Assembly (NCBI GenBank): GCA_051532035.1
Contig: JAOPTW010000059.1
Span: forward strand, 1,741-23,376
Source: Fibrobacterales bacterium
GTDB taxonomy: Bacteria > Fibrobacterota > Fibrobacteria > Fibrobacterales > JAOPTW01
Length of the DNA stretch: 21,636 bases
Direction of reading: 5' to 3'
In this document: piece by piece, positions 8,285 to 16,363 of the stretch
How positions within the stretch are numbered: position 1 is the first letter of the stretch
Layout: every line of letters starts with the position of its first letter
Position numbers and translations under genes: made by a program
Notes under the pieces: model-generated
Database searches by the model: none
What the model was told of the DNA's origin: nothing
Seen by the model: only the letters and a program-made list of their open reading frames with translations

Positions 8285-9970
8285 TTACTGTTTTACAACG
8301 TGAACAACCGCAGCACTTTGAGAAAACCCTCTCGGGAGCTCAATACTATTATTGCCCCGCTCTAAGTACTGATTACCAAGATCTACTAATTTTTCACCTG
8401 TAACCGCCCAAAGTGTCACTTGGTAATGCCCCGACTGATCTATCCCAAGAGATACTGATTGGCCATTCAAAAGAAGAGTCGCAATCATTGAAGAGGAAGT
8501 CCCGTTTACATTTTGAGCAATCAAGGGGGCTAATTTGCCGCTGCTTGAATTTTTAGTATCACTGTTCGACACTGCACCGTTACTACTCGAGCTTTGATCA
8601 TCATCACCATCATTGAAACTCTCAGCATCACCCATTTGACTACTCGACTGTCCATTTTCAGGCGAAGATTCAATTATTTTTGCTTCAGATGACTCTGGAG
8701 CGGGTTGAGCTTTAACCACTACAGTGTGTACTGACTTTGCTTTTGAGCCCTGTCCATCTTTTACGGTAAGACCAAAAGTGTATGCCCCATCTGCAAGATT
8801 AGTAATTTCTGTTATTTCACCTGTTCCATTCCCAATTTTCGCTTCAGCAGCCGATTTTTTGAACCAACTAAAAGTATAGGGGCCGGCACCACCAGCAAAA
8901 TCAGCTTCAAGAGTCACTGTTGTGCCCGGTGAAGCGACACTATATTTTTTATCATAAGACATGAACTCATCAGGAATTGCTCGCACTGTACCATTTCTCC
9001 AATCAGCAACCTCTTTCCAATCATTAAGAAGCTTCTTAATATACCCATCAGCTTGTCCAGAGTTACCCCAAATTGCAGATGACTGTCCATCACTATGTAT
9101 AGACCACATTGCAGATGACCAACCAAATCTATCGAGTAGCGCATGCCACTCATCAGCACTTTCACCATCAAAAGTGCTCCCACCTTGCCCACCATCAGAG
9201 TGTGACGTGCCCCATTCTGACACAAAGATTGGAAGCTCTTCTTTAATAGCGACATTAAAATTCCCACCCAACCAATCATCATCTACCTTGTGACTATATG
9301 AATAAAAGTGCATCGCATACGCAAGGTTGTTATCAGGGTCAATCACGGGGTCTTCTTTAATACCATCAAAAATCTGGTCAAACTTCGGAGTACCCATAAT
9401 TATAAGGTTATTAGACCCCGCATCACGAATATGCTTAACTATTGCATTTCCATAATCCCGCACAGGCCCCCAATCTTCGGTGTCCGGCTCATTATAGACT
9501 TCAAAAATAACATTATCCTTATCACCATATCTATTCACCACATTGGTAAAAAATTCTTTTGCTTCGCCAAGTTCTTCATGAGCATGATGAGCATGAAAAT
9601 CGATAATGACATAAATCCCACGCTTAATACACTGATCAATAACTGCTACCGCATCATTAAGATTGGCTCGTTTACCACCGCGAGACGTCGCAACAGGAAC
9701 TCGTAAAATCTCAGCATTGTAGTCATCAACCATTTTATCGACAATACCGGCATTCCACTGTGATTGACCACCCCATTGATTCCAGAAAAAACTCAAGCCT
9801 TTTACCTGAACTAATGACTCCTTGTATTTCTCAGCTGAACCAACAAAATAGCGACCGCTCACCTTCATCTCACCATACACGTCTACTGGCCCTTCTGCTG
9901 ATACCGTTGAAAAACCTATAAGAGCGGTGAGTATTGCATATGTAACTTGCTTTATTTTGTTCTGAATCAT
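8285..9970 (-). CDS. Secreted GH5 endoglucanase (subfamily 2-like) with PKD/Ig-like module, Ser-rich linker and short C-terminal sorting-type domain
   Basis: Start moved to ATG 9970 (MIQNKIK, AGGAG RBS, signal peptide ending VSA-E). Motifs KGLSFFWNQW, YVIIDFH.H, FEVYNEP (acid/base Glu), HFY and IFVSEWG (nucleophile Glu). Confidence 0.9.
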   Translation of the reverse strand: MIQNKIKQVTYAILTALIGFSTVSAEGPVDVYGEMKVSGRYFVGSAEKYKESLVQVKGLSFFWNQWGGQSQWNAGIVDKMVDDYNAEILRVPVATSRGGKRANLNDAVAVIDQCIKRGIYVIIDFHAHHAHEELGEAKEFFTNVVNRYGDKDNVIFEVYNEPDTEDWGPVRDYGNAIVKHIRDAGSNNLIIMGTPKFDQIFDGIKEDPVIDPDNNLAYAMHFYSYSHKVDDDWLGGNFNVAIKEELPIFVSEWGTSHSDGGQGGSTFDGESADEWHALLDRFGWSSAMWSIHSDGQSSAIWGNSGQADGYIKKLLNDWKEVADWRNGTVRAIPDEFMSYDKKYSVASPGTTVTLEADFAGGAGPYTFSWFKKSAAEAKIGNGTGEITEITNLADGAYTFGLTVKDGQGSKAKSVHTVVVKAQPAPESSEAKIIESSPENGQSSSQMGDAESFNDGDDDQSSSSNGAVSNSDTKNSSSGKLAPLIAQNVNGTSSSMIATLLLNGQSVSLGIDQSGHYQVTLWAVTGEKLVDLGNQYLERGNNSIELPRGFSQSAAVVHVVKQ

Positions 9971-10653
9971 GCAGAACTCCTGTATAAAAAAATATCTCCT
10001 CGAATTGCGCCTTCTTATAGACACCCTTCGCTACTATTTTCCCCAATACTCCCCGACCATTATAAAGAGTTACATCGTAATGCATTTCAAAACTGATCAC
10101 ATATAGTATATATTTGTCTACACTTAGTGTCAATCGACACCTCTAAAAAAAGACCGTATAAACCAATTTAATACCTTATTTGGTGTACTTATTGGTTAAA
10201 TAGCACAATTTTGGTCATTAACCAAAGGGAGGTCACGCGAATACACGCCTAACAATATGTTGATAATATTTGTCATCTACAATTAAAGGGTGTCATTGGT
10301 GTTTTATTGTTGATATGGGGATATATCCAGCAATAAAAATGATAATGTTAGGATACGTACTTAAAGATGCCTCGGGCGCACTATTTTATAGGGAGCGATC
10401 AGATCGCCATCTGCTTTTCTTTGATATAGATTACTCAGATAGGCAACCACTACAACAGCATTATTACAGGAGCAACTCTTTACAACGCTCCCCCTCCCCA
10501 ATATCCTCAATCTCATTTCATTAGAACCACCAGAAGTCTTTGGAAAAGTCGTTTCACTATGAGTACATAGCACCAACTCAAACAAACAAAGCTCCTACAA
10601 CACAATCCATACTGTCTACAGATACGTTCTCCTTAAGGACTAACCTACAAAAC

Positions 10654-11056
10654 CCTTCAACAGTGAGTGCGCACACATCTATCCAATTCATCTCTACTAT
10701 AAATCTCCCAATATTTCCTTCAGAGATGAATGCGCACATGCCCATCCAAAGAAACAACAGCTAAGCAACCCCGCACAACACTTCATCAGCGCAATATCCC
10801 CTTCAGTGATAAGTTCGCACACATCCATCCAAAGAATCAACAGTCGTATAACACTACGCAAGCTCTCTATCAGCGCAATATCCATCACAATGACGAGTGC
10901 GCACACCAACATCTGACATCTCAAAGTACACGTTAAGCCAATACCACCTCTATCACCCCAAATCCCCCCTCAGAGATGAATGCGCGCACCTCTATCCAAC
11001 ATATATCGCGCCCCATACAGCTGCGCCCCTCCCTATAGAGCAAATATTACCCTCAT
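10654..11056. repeat. Degenerate tandem array: five 18-bp palindromic cores (consensus GATGAGTGCGCACACATC) plus a partial sixth unit
   Basis: Cores at 10662 AGTGAGTGCGCACACATC, 10725 GATGAATGCGCACATGCC, 10808 GATAAGTTCGCACACATC, 10892 GACGAGTGCGCACACCAA and 10975 GATGAATGCGCGCACCTC. Spacings are 63, 83, 84 and 83. Most units share CC(T/C)TCA and ATCCAA flanks. Confidence 0.85.
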
Positions 11057-11159
11057 ATTCATGTTTTTATAGATTCTTGTTACTAATGCACTCCTGAATT
11101 CGTCTAAAACTCAGAAGAACAGACACACTCAATAAGTATCACCGAGAGAGAACGAGATT

Positions 11160-12107
11160 ATGACACAGAGACGCCCCCAAAGATCCCCTGCGGTTATGCC
11201 CATTGCGGAGTATGTAACAGAAGCTGAGAAGCTCTCCATCATGGCCCACCGCTATGGAGTCTATCATGAGTTCAAGCTCGCTGAACCCGACCTAAGTGAC
11301 CGTATAGATGACCAGATACTTGCACTAAAACAAGCAGAGCGTACATTTATCATAGAACAGCACTGTCAAACAGACCATGAAACCGCTTGGAAAGAGGCCG
11401 TCCCAAAGGCATTTGACCTCCGATACACGATGCTCTTCTTTCTCTCCCGCGCCTACCCCAATGGCTCCCCTATTTCACATGAAATTTCAAGAATACTGAG
11501 CGGTACAAAAAAGAATAAGTCTATCAGTTGCCTGACTATGGATCTCGGTATTCTCGGTACTCTTTGGAGACAGGCCAAAGAACCTCTCTCAAAATACACT
11601 ATTGATCACACCATGGGTGACCAGGCCCTCTTCTATAGTGAAAACTTAGGACGTATGCAAACCGCAGCACGACTCGATCGCATGGACACTCACTACAAAA
11701 TACTCCGAGACAATGCATACCTCGTATTAAAAAAGAGTGTTGATTTACTCCGACGAATGTCCAAAATGATGTATAGAAAAGGGAGTAAGGAATACCATCA
11801 ATTTACCAGTGATTTTTACCGAAAGCGTAATGCAAAAGCGCGAGAAGCATTAAAAAGAAAGGCTCAGATAAAGAAGAACAAACTACAGAAGACTGGAGAA
11901 ATAATGGTTACTGAATCTCGTGAAGTTCTGACACCAAAGGAGCCATACATTGATTCCCTGCCTCAGGTTATTCAAAGCAATGATGCAGACCGGGTAGCGC
12001 CATCTAAGGCTATTGCAAATGGTGACTCACTATCAATGAGTTCTTCTACGTCGTTGCAGGAACAGTATCCGCTCAGATTATTGGAGGATGGTCATAGATT
12101 GGAATAA
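11160..12107 (+). CDS. Uncharacterised all-helical protein with Lys/Arg-rich segment and low-complexity tail
   Basis: 315-aa ORF. Motifs MP..EY..EAE.L, W....AFDLR and RD.AY..LK..VD..R...F.S.FYRKRN recall an unannotated helical family seen in Bacteroidota and related lineages (from memory). It has the basic run RKRNAKAREALKRKAQIKKNK. Confidence 0.75.
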   Translation: MTQRRPQRSPAVMPIAEYVTEAEKLSIMAHRYGVYHEFKLAEPDLSDRIDDQILALKQAERTFIIEQHCQTDHETAWKEAVPKAFDLRYTMLFFLSRAYPNGSPISHEISRILSGTKKNKSISCLTMDLGILGTLWRQAKEPLSKYTIDHTMGDQALFYSENLGRMQTAARLDRMDTHYKILRDNAYLVLKKSVDLLRRMSKMMYRKGSKEYHQFTSDFYRKRNAKAREALKRKAQIKKNKLQKTGEIMVTESREVLTPKEPYIDSLPQVIQSNDADRVAPSKAIANGDSLSMSSSTSLQEQYPLRLLEDGHRLE

Positions 12108-12145
12108 CATCATCAAACAATAAAAACATAAAACCCTCTATAATA

Positions 12146-12161
12146 TGTGACACGCATCACA
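12146..12161. promoter_or_regulatory. CRP/FNR-family (CRP-type) binding site
   Basis: TGTGA-CACGCA-TCACA, an exact match to the TGTGA-N6-TCACA consensus, about 140 nt upstream of the 12301 start. Confidence 0.6.
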
Positions 12162-12300
12162 CTTCACTATTCGAAGCACATTAGCATTATCTAAAATGAA
12201 ATATTTTTTCTAACGTTTCGCTCGCTTACATATTTTAAAATTTTCTACATAATTTTCTACAGACTACCCATTACCATCCCCTATATTAAAAGTAGTATCT

Positions 12301-13197
12301 ATGGCAGACTTAACCTTTACTGGTCAAACAGATGAAACAATTACCGTTCAACTCCCCTCTCGAATTATTTACGCCAAATGGCGAGGGAGCGCCACCTCTG
12401 CAGGAGGCACAATAACAATTGAAGTATTAACCCAATGGGTAGCCAACAGCTCCGACATCACTATCACCATGAAAGACCGGGATGATGGGGAGATTGAGGT
12501 TATCCAAGGCAAAGTGTGGAACAACCTTTTCCGCAAAGAGTATACCCCCGAACCCAATGATACACAAGGGTTGAAATTTACCGCAGAGATGAGTGCCCAT
12601 AGCCTTGAAGCTGATTCGAATATTATGCGTGTATTTCCAACGGTCACCATAGAGAATCTTCAGTTTCTGAATGGTGAGGATGAAGCAGTGTTAGAGACTA
12701 TTGCTGATGGACAAGATGTGATTCTTGATGCTGAGGTTACCGGGCCACCTGACGGCACCAAATGCCTTATAACACTCCATGAACAGTATTCTGAGCATGA
12801 ATCAACCATGATTTTTTCACAGGAAGTACTTACTGAAGCGGGCCATGTGAAAACGCCTTGGACTGAGACCCTAGGAAAGAGCATTGATGAGATTGACACT
12901 CATGAGACACTCGCAAGAGATGGTGAGGAATATTATCAACCGGGATATTGGTTTACCGTTGAAGCGTATGCTACAAAAGAGAAATCGGACACTTTTCTCG
13001 TATCACATAATATGATTTTGAATTACATCGTGGAGGAAGGCAATGCAGGAGAATTTGAAGGTAAGACTATAACAGTTATAGCGCCTGACAGTACAGAGAC
13101 TGCATACTCTATTCCCGCTGATGGAAAGATCGTGGTAGAAAGAAGCTTACCCGGTACCTATCTGCTTGATGAATCAGAAATCAAAGAATTACTGTAG
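12301..13197 (+). CDS. Acidic beta-rich hypothetical protein, first gene of a putative toxin operon
   Basis: 298 aa with no signal peptide and a beta-strand pattern. The C-terminus (VIAPDS...DGKIVVERSLPGTY) looks like a transthyretin/carboxypeptidase-regulatory-like fold. 8-nt gap to the next gene. Confidence 0.75.
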   Translation: MADLTFTGQTDETITVQLPSRIIYAKWRGSATSAGGTITIEVLTQWVANSSDITITMKDRDDGEIEVIQGKVWNNLFRKEYTPEPNDTQGLKFTAEMSAHSLEADSNIMRVFPTVTIENLQFLNGEDEAVLETIADGQDVILDAEVTGPPDGTKCLITLHEQYSEHESTMIFSQEVLTEAGHVKTPWTETLGKSIDEIDTHETLARDGEEYYQPGYWFTVEAYATKEKSDTFLVSHNMILNYIVEEGNAGEFEGKTITVIAPDSTETAYSIPADGKIVVERSLPGTYLLDESEIKELL

Positions 13198-13205
13198 GGG
13201 CTAGC

Positions 13206-16200
13206 ATGAGTACATTAAGAGAATTACAAGCTGACAGCGCTCAATGCCTCGGCCCCAGATTTCATCACGTAGTGAGTGGTGAGTATTTAATTAAGATCGC
13301 CAACAATTGGAATGCTGCCCATAATGAAAATGTCACCTGGCAACAGATATATGATGCAAATAGTACACGCATAGAAAATTGGCAAAATGCACATGTAGCA
13401 CTGGGTGCGGTTATTGACACCAATGACCCTAACCACAGATATATCATTTATCCAGGGCAAGCATTGCTCATTCCCAATGTTGCGGGTACCGAAGCCCCTG
13501 TTGAAGAGCTCATTCCGATCAACTCTAATAGTTCCAGAACTAACATGCAGAGTAAAAAAGCAGTAATATTATATCCTTCTTTTGGAATGCCGGAACTCAT
13601 TTTTGGTAATGACAAACTCAATGTAATAATAGGATTAGAAGCGCTGTCGGGTGCTCTAACGGATGATACTCATAAAAAAATGGTATCTGAACATTTATGT
13701 TTATCTGATCACAATGCAACACAGAAGTTCTATAGAAATCAACTCACAGTAGATGAGTTAATGGCGCAAGATTATATTCCTCAAGAAGCAATAGAATCTA
13801 TTACTGAAATAACTGATTCAAAGTTTTTTACCTGCGATAACAAACGTATGAAAGGACTCTTCCGCTCAAATGTGTATGACTATTTTAAAAGTGGAAAAAT
13901 TGAAGATATTAAAAAAGATAAAGATGAGAAAGCAAAAGACAAACCCTCAATAGTAAACCCTTATGGCTCTGGGGATAATAAAATTGAACTCACATATTAT
14001 CACATAGAAATTGATTCGAGTAAATTAACATCAGGAAGTAGAGAATTATACAATATCGAAAAAATGAAGTTTCTAAACTGGATACCCACCCAAACGACCG
14101 TTTTAGAGTCATTTGAGGTTAAAAGTTTTACCTGGCTAATGGCAAAAAGAACCGGCTTTGTAGGTGACAAAATTGTTAAGGACTCAGATTCGTGTAACAC
14201 CTCTAAAAACAAATCTACTCCTACTGGAGGTGTACTAAAATTATTAAATGACAAGAAGGCTACCTTTGGTGGTACTGTTTTAAATACCTGGGATATTACT
14301 GAAAACAAGTTTACTGAATTAGCCTTTATGGCTTTACACCCAGTCTTCTTTTATAGAGAGGAAAAAATATTAAACGTTGCATTTACTGGTGATGTACATA
14401 TTGTTTCACGGTTGGAGGTGATGAGTAAGTCAGATCTCCAGATTATTCCTGGCGTTGATGAAGATGTCTCACCATTACTCAGTGATTGCATAACACCTCA
14501 CTCTCAAAACTTCAAAAAGTTAATAACACTTGCAGGAAAATCCCCTGATTACGACGCATTATTAATTGGTGGTGATTTAATTGACTTTTCTGAAAGTTGT
14601 TATCCAGGCACTGTAGATTTGAATAATACAAACCCTAAGGACAAAGTAACAACAGGTATGCCCTTTGAAGTTATTTGGAAATTTACAAATGTTGACCCAG
14701 ATCATATTGAATTCACTAACCAGCATGGGGTTGACTTTATGGGCATCTTTTTGATGCTTGTAAATTTTTTAGTTGAGTATAAAAAGCCGGTAATTGTCTG
14801 CAGCGGAAATCATGACGGCTATGAAAAACCATTTGGGATGTCACCGAGAATAGCGGGTGAAACCCCTAACTCAGGTATGGCTGCCGATGCTAACCTTACA
14901 ATTATGGAAGCATGTTTATTATATGGGGATAAATATGACTATGTTCCTTTCCCTAAAATTAAGCCAGTTGGTTATTTTGATGGTTCAATTGCTGATATGT
15001 TTTTCTTTTTATTGTGTCCCTTTGAGTCTTATACTTGTAAGTTTGGTAGAATGCAGTTAATTATAACTGGATGGACTAAAGAAGAGACTATGGTTTTTGA
15101 ATCAGATGAAATAGGTGATGTACCAGTTGCAACTAAAAACATGACTGAAAATGATTTAAAAATTGTAGATTATGGCGCTCAAATTACAGGTGGTGGTGAT
15201 AGTATAAAAAGATTACTTATGAGTCATTATACATATGTGTGTTTTGAATATAAAGATGTTCAAGATAAAATGACAAAAAATATTGCTTTAAATGGGAAAA
15301 TGTCGCCTTATGGCTTGCGCGGCATAGTGCAAGATAATTATTGTTTTGGAACGTGTGCAAAAAATAAAGACGTTTTGTTTAAATATTTTAACGCTGATGT
15401 AGGCAAACCACAAATTCATTATACTCTTTCGGGACATGCACATCGAGGTGGTGTGTATGGGCTCATAAATGCTGAAGGTGAAAGTGCAGATATTGTAGGA
15501 ATGCCAATAATTAACTGGAGTGAAGAAGAGTTTTTATCTTTACCAAATGATAACCATAATGTTAGGAAGTACCCCAAAATCATGGTTTGTGACTCATCAG
15601 GGCCAGTCCCACGAGAAAACCTTTCTAATGAATTTAATGGGAATGGAAGTTGCGTTCCGTCAATTCTTGGTTTAACATTTGATTTTGCAGGAGAATTAAT
15701 TGATTTAAAGCGTGAATCAAGTATATATGATATTGGTGACTGGAAGAAACCATTAATAACTATAGAACAATCAAGAAAATTGAATGTCAATAGAATACCT
15801 AAACCAAGAATTGGTGTAAGCCTTGATTACATGGAATCAATACAGGTTACGGATAACACAAAAACAATTGTTGATGTTATAGATATAAGTATTATAAATA
15901 AAGAAATTACCGGAAATATTTTTTTAAACAAAATTGATTTCTCAACTCCTTTCATACCAGACTGGGTAGTGTTTGGGAAAATTAAAATTGTATTATTTGC
16001 AGGTTTAAAACCTATTGTTATTGATGCAGAATTATTAAGTGATGGAGATTCATATAAGTTTAAATGTAATTCATTAAATACTTTACTTAGAGATGTGAAA
16101 AAAATAAAAGAATATGGGTTTATTAGTATTTACGTAAATAAACCTGTTTCAGGTGTCGATTTTATAAAAAAAATCAGTCAAAGTTATGATTTTTTAACAC

Positions 16201-16358
16201 CATGGATTACAAATATAAAAGTAAAAAAAATATTTAAGAGAAGAACAGCTGTATCTTTGGAAGAATTAGAACTTGTTATGTCGCGAGATGGACTTGCATC
16301 AATGACTCCAGATTTTGACGATTTTATGGAAAAACATTTATATCATAGTAGGTATTAA
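13206..16358 (+). CDS. LysM + calcineurin-like metallophosphoesterase domain protein (putative secreted effector/toxin)
   Basis: N-terminal LysM-like HVVSGEYLIKIA...WQQIYDAN...IIYPGQALLIP. All five MPP motifs are in order: DVH (nt 14391), GDLID (14571), GNHD (14805), SH (15222) and GHAH (15432). No Sec signal peptide. Confidence 0.85.
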   Translation: MSTLRELQADSAQCLGPRFHHVVSGEYLIKIANNWNAAHNENVTWQQIYDANSTRIENWQNAHVALGAVIDTNDPNHRYIIYPGQALLIPNVAGTEAPVEELIPINSNSSRTNMQSKKAVILYPSFGMPELIFGNDKLNVIIGLEALSGALTDDTHKKMVSEHLCLSDHNATQKFYRNQLTVDELMAQDYIPQEAIESITEITDSKFFTCDNKRMKGLFRSNVYDYFKSGKIEDIKKDKDEKAKDKPSIVNPYGSGDNKIELTYYHIEIDSSKLTSGSRELYNIEKMKFLNWIPTQTTVLESFEVKSFTWLMAKRTGFVGDKIVKDSDSCNTSKNKSTPTGGVLKLLNDKKATFGGTVLNTWDITENKFTELAFMALHPVFFYREEKILNVAFTGDVHIVSRLEVMSKSDLQIIPGVDEDVSPLLSDCITPHSQNFKKLITLAGKSPDYDALLIGGDLIDFSESCYPGTVDLNNTNPKDKVTTGMPFEVIWKFTNVDPDHIEFTNQHGVDFMGIFLMLVNFLVEYKKPVIVCSGNHDGYEKPFGMSPRIAGETPNSGMAADANLTIMEACLLYGDKYDYVPFPKIKPVGYFDGSIADMFFFLLCPFESYTCKFGRMQLIITGWTKEETMVFESDEIGDVPVATKNMTENDLKIVDYGAQITGGGDSIKRLLMSHYTYVCFEYKDVQDKMTKNIALNGKMSPYGLRGIVQDNYCFGTCAKNKDVLFKYFNADVGKPQIHYTLSGHAHRGGVYGLINAEGESADIVGMPIINWSEEEFLSLPNDNHNVRKYPKIMVCDSSGPVPRENLSNEFNGNGSCVPSILGLTFDFAGELIDLKRESSIYDIGDWKKPLITIEQSRKLNVNRIPKPRIGVSLDYMESIQVTDNTKTIVDVIDISIINKEITGNIFLNKIDFSTPFIPDWVVFGKIKIVLFAGLKPIVIDAELLSDGDSYKFKCNSLNTLLRDVKKIKEYGFISIYVNKPVSGVDFIKKISQSYDFLTPWITNIKVKKIFKRRTAVSLEELELVMSRDGLASMTPDFDDFMEKHLYHSRY

Positions 16359-16363
16359 AGAAT

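Noticed and set aside
9971..10024. N-terminal extension of the GH5 ORF to 10024
   Set aside because: ATG 9970 has an AGGAG RBS and gives a normal signal peptide.
10086..10101. Possible second CRP site upstream of the GH5 gene
   Set aside because: Only the TCACA half-site matches; the other half (TTCAA) is poor.
10654..11056. CRISPR array interpretation of the repeat region
   Set aside because: The repeats are too degenerate, the periods are uneven (63 vs 83-84), the inter-repeat segments are related to each other, and there are no cas genes in the window.
10270..11097. Short ORFs 10270-10524, 10361-10585, 10540-10764, 10697-10924, 10730-10936 and 10897-11097, including recurring DECAH-like peptides
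   Set aside because: The peptide repeats are a by-product of the DNA repeat. The 83-bp periods break the frame, the composition is not protein-like, and there is no convincing RBS. A decayed repeat-protein pseudogene cannot be fully excluded.
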